Source: Turneriella sp. (GTDB lineage Bacteria; Spirochaetota; Leptospiria; Turneriellales; Turneriellaceae). From it: a stretch of 64,000 nucleotides of DNA. This document shows, in pieces, positions 11,922-21,742 of this stretch. The first letter of the stretch is position 1, and the number at the start of each line of letters is the position of its first letter. The notes under the pieces are model-generated. The model ran no database searches. It was not told the origin of the DNA and saw only the letters and a program-made list of their open reading frames with translations. The position numbers and the translations under genes are program-made. The stretch covers positions 280,858 through 344,857 of the forward strand of contig JAXMHE010000001.1 in NCBI GenBank assembly GCA_046346945.1. Direction: 5' to 3'.

Positions 11922-12899
11922 ATGGCCGCCAAAATTGTCGTTTTTGAACCCGACGGTATTTACCGTGCTATCATTGAAAATATTCTGCTGAAAAACGAGT
12001 ATAAACCGTATTTTGTGGATTCATCGGCCGAGTGCAAAGTTGTCGTCGACGAGATCAGGCCAGACATTATTATTCTGGATATTAAGGCAGCGAAGCCGCA
12101 CGATTTTCGCATTCTCTCTGACCTGAAAATTCTCAGCAAAGCACCGGTGCTGCTGACCACGGATGAAAACGTCGACGAATACATCAACGCTTTAAACAGC
12201 AAGAACATCACCATTGTGCTGCCGAAACCACTGAAAGGCGCGGAGCTCGCGCGCGTTCTGTCGAACCTGCTGACCGTCGATTCGCGCGTCTGGTTCGGCA
12301 TCCATAATTACCTGCCAGACATGCGCAAGCTGCGCAAGGTGAGACTCAAGCGCTCGACGCAGGTACGCACGTGCATCAAAACAATTTTGAACGAGATGCA
12401 TGCATGGGGATTCAACTTCAGCCACGAAACCGAGATGGATCTCGTCTGGCAGGAGATTCTGATCAACGCAGTTTACCACGCACACGGTTACACAAAAGAA
12501 AAAAAGGAACGCATTGCGATCGAGCTACCCGACCCATATGAAGTCGAGGTGAGTTATGGCGCAAGCGAAAGCGCCTTTGGCATCGCCGTGCGCGACGAAA
12601 TGGGAACCCTGACTCCCGAGATCATTCTCGAAGCCTTGCGGCAGACGATTGAGCAGCAACAGTTAATCGTACGCGCTGCCGAAACCGGCGAAGATATTTC
12701 ACAGATCGTCCTTGACCGTGGTCGTGGCATCGACCTGATTCGGCAACTGTCCGGGGAGTATTATTTCATTATTGACCCCGGGAATTCTACCGAAGTTATT
12801 ATTATCTATGACCGGTATTATGAAAAAGATGATTCGGTCGGATCTCTTAAAATCTTTGACCTTTCTTATTATCTCAACGCTTCCACTGCCGGCAGATAA
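11922..12899 (+). CDS. Atypical receiver domain fused to an RsbW/HATPase-like domain
   Basis: N-terminal REC fold (PDIIILD...KP); C-terminal EILINAVYH...VRD..G...DRGRGIDLI. Confidence 0.7.
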   Translation: MAAKIVVFEPDGIYRAIIENILLKNEYKPYFVDSSAECKVVVDEIRPDIIILDIKAAKPHDFRILSDLKILSKAPVLLTTDENVDEYINALNSKNITIVLPKPLKGAELARVLSNLLTVDSRVWFGIHNYLPDMRKLRKVRLKRSTQVRTCIKTILNEMHAWGFNFSHETEMDLVWQEILINAVYHAHGYTKEKKERIAIELPDPYEVEVSYGASESAFGIAVRDEMGTLTPEIILEALRQTIEQQQLIVRAAETGEDISQIVLDRGRGIDLIRQLSGEYYFIIDPGNSTEVIIIYDRYYEKDDSVGSLKIFDLSYYLNASTAGR

Positions 12900-13197
12900 G
12901 GCGGGCGATTCCGCTTCGGGCAAAGGCCCCATATTTGTGACCATCAGCGGCCTGCGTGACGACGCCGCGGCTCACAGTTGTCTGACCGCTTTAAACCGCT
13001 ACCGGCAGAAGCGCATGCTCGCAATTCCCGAGCATGGCGAAGGAGAGTTCCAGATCGTTGTTGAAAAAAAGCGGCCCGGTTACCAGGTGCGCGTCGAAAA
13101 AATGGGTACCGCGCTGAAAACTGCACGCACCCTGTTTGATTACGAGGTGTGTATAGCAGCCGCGGCGATTACACGCGAGGCAATTGCCGACGAATAG
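12820..13197 (+). CDS. Small exported hypothetical protein overlapping the upstream gene
   Basis: Open frame with signal-like MKKMIRSDLLKSLTFLIISTLPLPA; start uncertain. Confidence 0.45.
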   Translation: MKKMIRSDLLKSLTFLIISTLPLPADKAGDSASGKGPIFVTISGLRDDAAAHSCLTALNRYRQKRMLAIPEHGEGEFQIVVEKKRPGYQVRVEKMGTALKTARTLFDYEVCIAAAAITREAIADE

Positions 13198-13273
13198 CAT
13201 CCTGCAAAATTGCGGTTGACGATGGGTGACAAACCGGCTGAGTTCGCCGTCAAATTCACGGATAAGGATCTTC

Positions 13274-14344
13274 ATGTTTAAGTTCAAATTTCCCATATTT
13301 TTCCTGTGCATTGCAGCAGGCACATTGCACGCGCAATATATCACCACCCCGCAGGGCGCACAGGCCGCCCTGACTTCTGCAATTGCACAACCCGGTTGTT
13401 ATGCCGAGCTGCGCGGTTACAAACCAAAGGTTTACATCGCGAACTTTCTCGTCGTCGGCGGCAAAAAGGAAATGGGCAAGTCGATCGGCGACTACATCGC
13501 GCAGCGTTTTTCGGGCGATAGCCGTTTCGAACTCATCTCGCGCAACGAAATCGACGAAGAAATGAAGCCACTCTTCAAGAAAAAGCCCAAGGCAGAAGTG
13601 TACCTGCAGACTACCGTTGATCTCGCGGCTGCAAAAAAGGCGGATTGTGTAATCTTCGGACGCATTTCCAAGAAGGGCAAACAGGTTTCGTTTTTGGTGC
13701 GGATGGCTTCAGTAGAGACGGGTGAAAATTTGCGCAAAGTAGATACCGATGTGGAAAAGGCAGAGGCATCCACCTTCCTGGAAAGCGTTGGCGATTCGTT
13801 TGTGAGTTATTTTGTATCGGCTCCAGTTATTGCCGCGCCGAAATCAAACGAACCCAAAGACAAGGGCGATCGATCGGCCTATGTAGCCTTGAAAGGCCTC
13901 GCCTATTTTCCCCTCGGGAACGACGCGTTCTCTTCAATTTGGGCTACCGGTGCGGCAGCGGAATTCGGCATGAAAGGCTTGCTGCATAAGAATTTCATCC
14001 TGGGCATTGGCGGTGAATATCTTTACTACACTTATTACAATCCAATTGCGTACGCAGGTTCATACGGCGATTCGGCATTCGGTATTTTGGGTTTTGAACT
14101 CGCTGGTAACAAAATCGTCCACCTGCAGCTTCTGGGCTATTTTGGTTTCCAGTTTGGGCAAGCCGGCGGCAGCTGGGATGTCAGCACCGCCTGGTATGGC
14201 ATGGCAATGATCGGCCCGCGACTCGTGGTCGACGTGGCAAAAAATTTCTCGCTTATGTCAGATATCCGCTATTCGGTTACGGCCCCGGGAACCGCGACTA
14301 TTTCGGGTATTAATTCCACGCTGGGTTTCCAGATAAGATTCTAA
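13274..14344 (+). CDS. Outer-membrane protein: CsgG/FlgO-like periplasmic domain plus C-terminal beta-barrel
   Basis: Signal peptide, alpha/beta domain, alternating beta-strands, C-terminal QIRF. Confidence 0.6.
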   Translation: MFKFKFPIFFLCIAAGTLHAQYITTPQGAQAALTSAIAQPGCYAELRGYKPKVYIANFLVVGGKKEMGKSIGDYIAQRFSGDSRFELISRNEIDEEMKPLFKKKPKAEVYLQTTVDLAAAKKADCVIFGRISKKGKQVSFLVRMASVETGENLRKVDTDVEKAEASTFLESVGDSFVSYFVSAPVIAAPKSNEPKDKGDRSAYVALKGLAYFPLGNDAFSSIWATGAAAEFGMKGLLHKNFILGIGGEYLYYTYYNPIAYAGSYGDSAFGILGFELAGNKIVHLQLLGYFGFQFGQAGGSWDVSTAWYGMAMIGPRLVVDVAKNFSLMSDIRYSVTAPGTATISGINSTLGFQIRF

Positions 14345-14360
14345 AATAAACGGAGTAACT

Positions 14361-15491
14361 ATGCCGAACGTAAAAAATCCGATCTTAACTCTCTTTATAA
14401 TGGCTGTTCTTTCAGGTGCGATTACCGCACAGGACGATTCTGCAGCGGCGACTGCCACGCCTGCAGCGAGTGCTGGAGGCTGTACCGCGCAACTCAACGG
14501 CTACCGACCCCGCGTCTATGTGGCCAATTTCTATGTCACGTACGGCAAGAAAGATATGGGCCGTCTTATCGGCGATTACATCGCCAAACGGTTTGAGGCC
14601 GACGGCCGCTTTGATGTCGTTTCGCGCGAAGAGATCGAAGACCGTATGCGACCACTATTCAAGGGAAAACTCCCCGCCGAAAAATACCTGCAGACTACAG
14701 TCGAGCTGGCCGCGGAGCAGCGCGCCGACTGCGTGATTTTCGGCCGCATCTCAAAAGCCGGCAGCAAACGCGCGGCATTTCTCGTGCGCATGGCATCGGT
14801 GCAGACCGGTGAAAACCTCAGCAAGGTCGATACAGAGGTCGATCGCAAAGACGCGCTGGCCTTTCTCGAAGGCATCGGTGATTCATTTGTCAGCTACTTC
14901 CAGGCAGCACCGGCACCAGTGATTGCGGCGCCGGCAGAACCAAAGCATGACCGCCACCATGGCTTTTACCTAAGCTTCAACGGCGGTGGGGGATATTATG
15001 ACATTTCAACCACAGCGGGAACTGTCACCATCGGCTTAGGTGGCCCCGCCACGCACCTCGGAGCCAAACTGGGCATAGGTCTCGGCGGACATGTGGTCCT
15101 CTTTGGTATGGTAGACCTCTATTCAGCAGTGGATCCCACTTTGCGGGCTTCAAACAGCACTTCGTCGGCGTCGGCGACGACAAGCAATACCAAGCTCACA
15201 GGCAACATGTTTGGCGGCGGGCTCGCAATCTATTCTTCATCGAACTTTTTTATCGCGGGATCTGTGGGCATTGCGCAGGCAACACTGAGCTATACATCTG
15301 GCACAACCACATACTCTGGAAGCACCGACACCGGTATCGGCACAAATCTTCAACTGGGGCAAGAATGGGCCGTGTCTAAAGACTGGGCCATCGGCGTTGC
15401 GCTGACTGCGCACTACAGCAGCCTTCCCGACCACGGTGTGACCTGGACGCAGATTTATGGCGGTTTGGCGGTAACGGCGACCTATAACTGA
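14361..15491 (+). CDS. Paralogous outer-membrane protein with the same N-domain and a different barrel
   Basis: N-domain closely matches the preceding gene (GY.P.VY.ANF, ADCVIFGRISK, FLVRMASV.TGENL.KVDT); HHGFYLSFNGGGG starts the barrel. Confidence 0.6.
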   Translation: MPNVKNPILTLFIMAVLSGAITAQDDSAAATATPAASAGGCTAQLNGYRPRVYVANFYVTYGKKDMGRLIGDYIAKRFEADGRFDVVSREEIEDRMRPLFKGKLPAEKYLQTTVELAAEQRADCVIFGRISKAGSKRAAFLVRMASVQTGENLSKVDTEVDRKDALAFLEGIGDSFVSYFQAAPAPVIAAPAEPKHDRHHGFYLSFNGGGGYYDISTTAGTVTIGLGGPATHLGAKLGIGLGGHVVLFGMVDLYSAVDPTLRASNSTSSASATTSNTKLTGNMFGGGLAIYSSSNFFIAGSVGIAQATLSYTSGTTTYSGSTDTGIGTNLQLGQEWAVSKDWAIGVALTAHYSSLPDHGVTWTQIYGGLAVTATYN

Positions 15492-15569
15492 ACCTCTGCT
15501 ATGGAAATCCATAGCTAGCGTGAAAATAATTTTGCATTTCCGCCCTGTCTGAATTTTCCAAATTCACAT

Positions 15570-16586
15570 ATGGATTACAAGGCCGCCGGCGTCGATACGG
15601 AATATGCGCAGAAGCTGATCCATAATCTCAAAGACCGCATCACAGCAACGCACCGGGTACCCAATGTCGGTGAAATTGTCGGCCAGTATGGCGGTTTCGC
15701 CGGCCGCTTTGCCCCGGTGCAGATTCCCGGCTTTGACGTCGTCGCGGCGACCGACGGCGTCGGCACCAAAACACAACTCTTGCGCCGCTTCGATTACCTC
15801 GAGGGCATTGGGCAAGATCTTGTCGCGATGTGCATCAACGACCTCTACTGCGCCGGTGCCACGCCTGCGTTTTTTCTCGACTACATCGCCTGCGGCAAAC
15901 TCAACGAGTCGTGGTATAACCGCGTGCTCGCCAGCATTACCGCAGCCTGTGCTGCCACGCCGATGGCACTCATGGGCGGCGAAACTGCAGAACACCCAGG
16001 CGTCATGCCCGACGACGATTTTGATCTTGCTGGCTTCGCAGTAGGATTAATAGCGCGCGACAGCAAGCTACCGAACCCGGAACTACAGCGCGAGGGTGAC
16101 TTACTCATTGCACTGCCTTCGAGCGGCCTGCACTCCAATGGTTTTTCTCTCGTGCGCAAAATTTTTGCTGAAATGGAAGAAAAATCTCCCGCGGTATTTT
16201 CGGCGATGGTTTCACATCGCGACAGCCTGATCGCAACCTGGTTAAATCCCACGCGCATCTATAAAGAAATTCCGGCACTGCTGCAATCCGCAGAAATCAA
16301 AGGTATTGCACACATCACTGGCGGTGGCATCCATGAAAACCTGCCGCGAGCCATTGCGCAGGGCCTGGGCGCCGTGATCGAAACTGCCGAACCGTTCAGG
16401 CTTGCGGCTGCCGACGTACTCGAAAAATATGTCGCGCGCGAAAAACTGTTCCACACGTTTAACATGGGTACTGGCCTCATTCTGATCGCCGCCGAATCTG
16501 AACTCGCGAAGATCCGCGCGCACTACCCTGAAGCAGCGGTGATGGGTCGGCTGGCGAAAGGCAGCGGCGTGAGTTTGCGGATTTAA
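15570..16586 (+). CDS. purM: Phosphoribosylformylglycinamidine cyclo-ligase (AIR synthetase)
   Basis: YKAAGVD, TDGVGTK, GGETAEHP, SSGLHSNGFS, AHITGGG, TFNMGTG. Confidence 0.96.
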   Translation: MDYKAAGVDTEYAQKLIHNLKDRITATHRVPNVGEIVGQYGGFAGRFAPVQIPGFDVVAATDGVGTKTQLLRRFDYLEGIGQDLVAMCINDLYCAGATPAFFLDYIACGKLNESWYNRVLASITAACAATPMALMGGETAEHPGVMPDDDFDLAGFAVGLIARDSKLPNPELQREGDLLIALPSSGLHSNGFSLVRKIFAEMEEKSPAVFSAMVSHRDSLIATWLNPTRIYKEIPALLQSAEIKGIAHITGGGIHENLPRAIAQGLGAVIETAEPFRLAAADVLEKYVAREKLFHTFNMGTGLILIAAESELAKIRAHYPEAAVMGRLAKGSGVSLRI

Positions 16587-16617
16587 CCTGCTGCCTGCGG
16601 CAGCAGGTTAAATCCGC
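16577..16617. terminator. 19-bp perfect hairpin between convergent genes
   Basis: GCGGATTTAACCTGCTGCC-TGC-GGCAGCAGGTTAAATCCGC; includes the purM stop and ends at the opposite gene's stop. Confidence 0.7.
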
Positions 16618-18201
16618 CTAGAATATCAACGTCAGGCTTACGAGGTGCGCGTAGCGCCATGCCTGCCCGTCGGTGCCGTCAAAATTCAACACGGGATACG
16701 CGGCCCCCGGCTTGAACAGACCAAAGCCATAGAAAAACTGCACATCCGCCTTCACGTTATACACCAGCGCGAGATCACCCGCATGGCCGACGTTCGCATT
16801 GTCTTCGGTCGCATAGGGATCTGAAATGCCACCCGCCGAAACGCTTTTGCGGTAATAAGAATATTTGAGCTGCACCGAAAGGTTGCGCAGCGAATAGGTC
16901 GACTTAAATGGCCGAAAGTACGTGCCGAGGCGATAGACCTGCATATTCGCGAGGCGCGGCTTGAGCGCGAGACCGCCCGAAAAACTGCCGAAATTCTGGA
17001 ACGCGGTATAGTTGCCGGATGTATTGCTCTGCGAGCCATTGTTGACGCGGCTGCTGTCGGCGTCGCCCGTTCCCATCGCAAAATCGACCGTCAGCTGCGG
17101 ATCGATTTTTTTTGCTACCGGCAAAGTCCAGGTGAAGTTGGCGAGCGCCGCCATCGCGGAGATACTCGTTTGCTCAGAGCTGCCATTGAGCACCCGGTTA
17201 TATGTGCCACCTCCCTGGTAGATAAAGTCGCCGCGGTAACGGTAGTTCGAATTGAACACGTAGCCGCGAAGGCCCGCACCGCCGTACCACGGATTGTACT
17301 TGTATTTGGCGTTGACACCGTCTTCTTTGATCATGTCGCGCGAAATGAGTGTGTACGCAAAGAGCTGGCCGCCGAGGTATTCCGGCGAAAAATATTCACC
17401 GGCAAAAAACATCCGCTTGCCGGAATTCTGGATGCCCGAGTCGGGCGCGAGGTTCGGCGTATTCACAAACGGGCTCGGATCGCCGTTACAACCGGTGACG
17501 TTGAGACCGCAGAGCGAAGAGCCATAATCGCCCGAGAAGACTGCAAATGCCCGCACGCTGCCAAAGGCATATTTTCCGGTGTACGCAATGCCATCGGCAA
17601 AATTGGCAAACAGCAACCCCTGCTCGATCGCGTAGAAATTTCGGCCGGCCATAAAATAGTGCGTGCCGAGTTTGGTTTCGCCGGCGAGAATTTCAAGACT
17701 GCCCACGACATTGGTTTGCTTCAGCGTCCCCAGGGGTTCGATATAGTGCTTCACGGTCATGAGTCCCCGCGCGCTGAACTCCCACTTCTCGTCGTAGGTA
17801 TATTTGCCGAAAGGGCGAAAAAATCCCGAGTAGAGCCCTGGGTTGATCGTCGGGTCCATGTAATAGGTATTGGTGGCAATGAGCCCGCCGCGGATATAGT
17901 GTTTCTTCGCGACCTCTTCGGTGTCTGCGGGCGGCACGAATACCGCTGCGGCAACGGGGGGACTTTTCTTCTCAAACTCCGTGGCCTCGCGGTCTAGCAC
18001 CGCCTTTTCCGCCTGTGACGCGGGCGGTTTTACTGTTGGTTTAGGTACAGGCTTTTCTGCTTCAGCCTCTTCTTCGGTTTCCTCATCGACGACCTTCACC
18101 GGCACGGGCTTTTTCTTTTTTGCCTTCACCTTTTGTGCCGCGAGCGGAGCGAGGGAAAACATAACTAACAAGACGGGAAAAAATTTCCAAATGGGTTTCA
18201 T
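16618..18201 (-). CDS. Outer-membrane beta-barrel protein (alginate-export-like)
   Basis: Signal peptide, Lys/Glu/Pro linker, Tyr/Gly-rich amphipathic strands, C-terminal LTLIF. Confidence 0.65.
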   Translation of the reverse strand: MKPIWKFFPVLLVMFSLAPLAAQKVKAKKKKPVPVKVVDEETEEEAEAEKPVPKPTVKPPASQAEKAVLDREATEFEKKSPPVAAAVFVPPADTEEVAKKHYIRGGLIATNTYYMDPTINPGLYSGFFRPFGKYTYDEKWEFSARGLMTVKHYIEPLGTLKQTNVVGSLEILAGETKLGTHYFMAGRNFYAIEQGLLFANFADGIAYTGKYAFGSVRAFAVFSGDYGSSLCGLNVTGCNGDPSPFVNTPNLAPDSGIQNSGKRMFFAGEYFSPEYLGGQLFAYTLISRDMIKEDGVNAKYKYNPWYGGAGLRGYVFNSNYRYRGDFIYQGGGTYNRVLNGSSEQTSISAMAALANFTWTLPVAKKIDPQLTVDFAMGTGDADSSRVNNGSQSNTSGNYTAFQNFGSFSGGLALKPRLANMQVYRLGTYFRPFKSTYSLRNLSVQLKYSYYRKSVSAGGISDPYATEDNANVGHAGDLALVYNVKADVQFFYGFGLFKPGAAYPVLNFDGTDGQAWRYAHLVSLTLIF

Positions 18202-18211
18202 AGATAATGTC

Positions 18212-18826
18212 CTATGGATTTGTTGGCTCAGGGGGTTTGTTAACCGGCGCATCAGTTGCCGGCGCCGGCTTGGTATTTTTTTCCATTTCCTGGTAAGAAT
18301 TAAATCCAAACTCTTTGTATGGATTTTTCTCTTTCATCCAATTTTGTGTCTCAGCGGCGCGCGCGAGCCCCAAGTCCATAATGGTCACCAACTCTTCGCC
18401 TGAAATTTCATCCCATGTGTTTGAGCCTTTTTCGATGAGGCCGAGTGTCTCTGCGTTTTGCAGCGCATACCATTCCCAACCGGTCAGCTGGAACAACAAC
18501 GTCGTTTCGAGCTGGTGGTGATTGATCGCAGCCTTCGCGACAGCCCCTCTGCGCAGCGGTGTCAGGTGAATGTGATCGACCGACTTGGTGTTGTAGATGC
18601 CGAGTTCCGCCAGCCGCGCGCAGCGCTCTTCGTCGGTTACATATTTTTCGAGCTCGTTGCGCTGAATGAGTACGATCTTGCACAGGTCGCCGAAGGTAGC
18701 CCGCTTGGTGACCGTGATGGCACGGATGGTCGAGAGTTCTTCGTCGAGGATAAGGGAATCGAGCAGATTCTGCGGAAACACCGGCCCCATGACTAACATG
18801 CAGGCAATGAGAAATTTTTTGGGCAT
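18212..18826 (-). CDS. Exported hypothetical protein (SLH-like helical repeats)
   Basis: Signal peptide; ISGEELV-type motif; tightly linked to the OMP gene. Confidence 0.55.
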   Translation of the reverse strand: MPKKFLIACMLVMGPVFPQNLLDSLILDEELSTIRAITVTKRATFGDLCKIVLIQRNELEKYVTDEERCARLAELGIYNTKSVDHIHLTPLRRGAVAKAAINHHQLETTLLFQLTGWEWYALQNAETLGLIEKGSNTWDEISGEELVTIMDLGLARAAETQNWMKEKNPYKEFGFNSYQEMEKNTKPAPATDAPVNKPPEPTNP

Positions 18827-18854
18827 ATAGATATTCCGTCCTTACAAGTAGATT

Positions 18855-20438
18855 CTACGGCGAGGTAACACCGCTGAATTGTGCCGAATATCCGCTCGTG
18901 TTACCCGCGAGGTCGCGCGAACGTATGCGGTAATAATAGGTTGTCGCAGGCGAAAGTCCGTTGGAGTTATAGGAAGTCACGCCCGCGCTTGTCGTAAAAG
19001 TCACCGTAAACGTGTTGCATCCGTTATTGATCGTCGTCTGGCAGATTTCGTAAACAAGCTGGGCTGCGGCAGTCGTGTTGTCCGACGAAGCCCCCCACAT
19101 GACCTGAATCTGTGATGAACTGGTACCATCCGCATTGGGCGATGAGGGCGTCGTGGGTTGCGTGCCATCAGATATATGTGTGGCATTGACGATGGATGAA
19201 TTAGAGAGCCCTGATTTACAGCCCATCGCTTTGAATTTGGTTGTCGTGTAGGTAACCGAAATTCCGGTTGAGTATTGCGTCCCTGTGGTGCACGTCGGCG
19301 TTGCGCTGCAAACAGGATCTGTGATACCGTCTGTGGTGTAACAAATGATGGCTCCACTCGTGGCCGTACTCATTTGCACCGATATCGGCATTGCATAAGA
19401 ACCGGCTGCCGGCGTGAATGTTGGGTCGCTCACACCCCCACCACCACCTCCTCCGCCCCCACCTGCAGGCGCACCGGGTGGTTTAGGTTCGAGATCCTGC
19501 CACATCTGCCAGACGGTTAACCCATCAACAACGTAGAGGTCTTCACTGGTGCCACCGCTCTCGGTGCCCGAGATGAACATCAGCGGCCCCGTTGTGCCGC
19601 CACCCTGCATCAGCGTCATGCTCTGCGGCGTGATCTTGGATTTTGCAATCGCCGTATTCACAGCGGTGATCTTGCCGCCACTGCCATAGTACGACATACT
19701 GGTTACCTGTCCGCCTGCAAGAGCAAAGAAACCATCATAGCGCGAGGTGAAGCTCGAATCGACTGCAGCAATCGTTGTTGCGCTGCCGCCATCTGGTATT
19801 GCCGTGAGCGGGTAAGCCGCAAGACGGCTGTACGCGCTAATCGTGCTTCCCTGGCGGGCGATGATTTTGTCGTCGCCATTCGAATAGCCAATCACCGTAC
19901 CGGTCTGGCCTGAAGCATTGGCAATGGTCGCGAGCGTTGTGTCATAGGGACCATCCGGAGAAATATTCGGCGTGACCTGCACTGTGCCGCCAGCATTCGT
20001 CAGGTGAATGCGCACATTGTTACCGGCGGCGGTGACGGCGAAATTGATCCGGCCCGAATAATTGAGAGGCGTCGAAGCGACGGTCATCACCGTGGGTGAA
20101 TTAAATGCAGGAAAGACGGAGTTATTATTGTAAGCTGAAACAGACTTTGCGATAAACAGGTTATGCCCCGAGCAGCCGCCGCACGACCGGTTTGAACCGA
20201 AAACGAGTACGAGATAGTTGTCGCCCATTTGGATCACGTATGGGCTGTATTCGTCGCTGCTTGCCTGCGAAATCGCGGCGCCGCCATTCAGCGCGAATTT
20301 CGCGAAGCCTCGCACCTTCTCTTCAGGAAGAGCACGTTTCGCGCACGCTGAGATAGTCACGATCGTCATGGCCAAAGCCATTACTGACAATACCTGCAGC
20401 CTGCATTTTTGCGCGGGATACGTTTGGGAAAGTTTCAT
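18855..20438 (-). CDS. Surface lipoprotein with poly-Gly linker, chitobiase/Fn3-associated and fibronectin-III domains
   Basis: ISAC lipobox; PTFTPAAGSY...ICYTTDG; ATTYYYRIRSRDLAGNTS; GAGGTG RBS. Confidence 0.75.
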   Translation of the reverse strand: MKLSQTYPAQKCRLQVLSVMALAMTIVTISACAKRALPEEKVRGFAKFALNGGAAISQASSDEYSPYVIQMGDNYLVLVFGSNRSCGGCSGHNLFIAKSVSAYNNNSVFPAFNSPTVMTVASTPLNYSGRINFAVTAAGNNVRIHLTNAGGTVQVTPNISPDGPYDTTLATIANASGQTGTVIGYSNGDDKIIARQGSTISAYSRLAAYPLTAIPDGGSATTIAAVDSSFTSRYDGFFALAGGQVTSMSYYGSGGKITAVNTAIAKSKITPQSMTLMQGGGTTGPLMFISGTESGGTSEDLYVVDGLTVWQMWQDLEPKPPGAPAGGGGGGGGGGVSDPTFTPAAGSYAMPISVQMSTATSGAIICYTTDGITDPVCSATPTCTTGTQYSTGISVTYTTTKFKAMGCKSGLSNSSIVNATHISDGTQPTTPSSPNADGTSSSQIQVMWGASSDNTTAAAQLVYEICQTTINNGCNTFTVTFTTSAGVTSYNSNGLSPATTYYYRIRSRDLAGNTSGYSAQFSGVTSP

Positions 20439-20457
20439 TCTGCGCACCTCACAATCC

Positions 20458-21651
20458 TTAGAATTTCTGCAGTGTCGGCCCGCCGGCATCGGAGGGTTGC
20501 GTCACCGCGTTGATTGAATTATACAGCCCCTGCACGTCGTTGCCGAAACCCGCCTGCGAATCGGTATTGTTGCCGAGAAAGCCCTGCTCGACCGATGACG
20601 AACCGGCCGAATATTCGCGCTGTGCACGCGAATCATACACGCGTTTCACGAGCGGATTCTGGATGTCGCGCGAGGCGGCCGCCGAATCTCCTTCGGCGAT
20701 CACGGTGAGACCAATGGTGTTCAGAAACTCGTCTTCCGATTCTTCTTTGTCTGTTTTCTTTTTCTCGGCATTCTTCTGCGCGATGAGATACGCCTCGAGT
20801 TCAGCTTTGTAAGCGGCCTCTGCCCAGCTCAGCTGCAACAGCGTCAGCGCACGCACAGCGAGCATTGCCTGCACGAGCTGTTTGCCCTCACCGCTCACTG
20901 CATAGATCTTCTTCTGCCGCTCAATCAATTCTTTCACCAAAGTTCTGTGGTCGCCGATACCCTTGATACCGTCTTTGATTTCGACGGTTTCCAGGGTGGG
21001 ATTGATAATTGCGCGCAAAGCTTCGGTGTCTTCGGCAGACTTTGTTTCGCGAATACGGCGTTCGACACGCAGCCTTTCATCGCGGTCCTGCAGATACGCG
21101 CGCTCCAAAATCGCAAAGGCCTTTTGCAGTCGCTCGCGCGTCGTCGCCGCCGTCGGGTCATTTTTGATAAACGCGGGAGACTGCACCGCATTCACCAGAT
21201 GCTGTTCGCCATTCTTTGACAGTTCGACAAAGGAGCCGCGCACACCCACAATCATCGTCGGCGTGCGCACATGAAACACATGCTTCGCATTACCTTCCGG
21301 TTTTTTCACGTACGCGCTGAGAGTCCCCTGTACCACAAAGACTTCAGTGCGCGGTTTCTTCGTGTCTGTGCCGAGAGTATTAAAACTCACCACTGTGTTG
21401 GATTTCAAAGAAACCTGACTGCCGTCTTGCAGGCCGACGATCGCGCCGCTGCGGTAGCCAACCTGAACGCTCGACTGCTCGGTGATTTTGCTGGTGAGTT
21501 CAGCTTTTGCCCAACGGCCGTTTTCGAACACCTGCACTTTGCCATGCATGGAAAGAATGCGCCCGTCGGCGAGCAGCGCCGAAGAGAAGAGCATTGAAAT
21601 CAAAAAGAATGATGAAACAGAGAAAATAACTGATTCTACAACGCGACGCAT
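20458..21651 (-). CDS. FecR-domain exported protein with coiled-coil tail
   Basis: DGS.VSL.SNT...FHVRTPTMIVGVRGS FecR motif; signal peptide. Confidence 0.8.
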   Translation of the reverse strand: MRRVVESVIFSVSSFFLISMLFSSALLADGRILSMHGKVQVFENGRWAKAELTSKITEQSSVQVGYRSGAIVGLQDGSQVSLKSNTVVSFNTLGTDTKKPRTEVFVVQGTLSAYVKKPEGNAKHVFHVRTPTMIVGVRGSFVELSKNGEQHLVNAVQSPAFIKNDPTAATTRERLQKAFAILERAYLQDRDERLRVERRIRETKSAEDTEALRAIINPTLETVEIKDGIKGIGDHRTLVKELIERQKKIYAVSGEGKQLVQAMLAVRALTLLQLSWAEAAYKAELEAYLIAQKNAEKKKTDKEESEDEFLNTIGLTVIAEGDSAAASRDIQNPLVKRVYDSRAQREYSAGSSSVEQGFLGNNTDSQAGFGNDVQGLYNSINAVTQPSDAGGPTLQKF

Positions 21652-21742
21652 CGACCAACACCGGTCTCGCATTATGCATCGTGTAAAGCAGGTTTCTTAC
21701 AATTTTTTCAAGACGTACTCTTTTGTACTCTGCGACTGATTC

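Noticed and set aside
17170-17997. 275-aa plus-strand ORF and other long antisense ORFs
   Set aside because: They lie opposite well-supported genes and have no recognisable motifs; typical shadow ORFs at this GC content.
19430-19465. C-rich tract as a phase-variable repeat
   Set aside because: It encodes a poly-Gly linker with mixed codons, not a pure homopolymer or perfect microsatellite.
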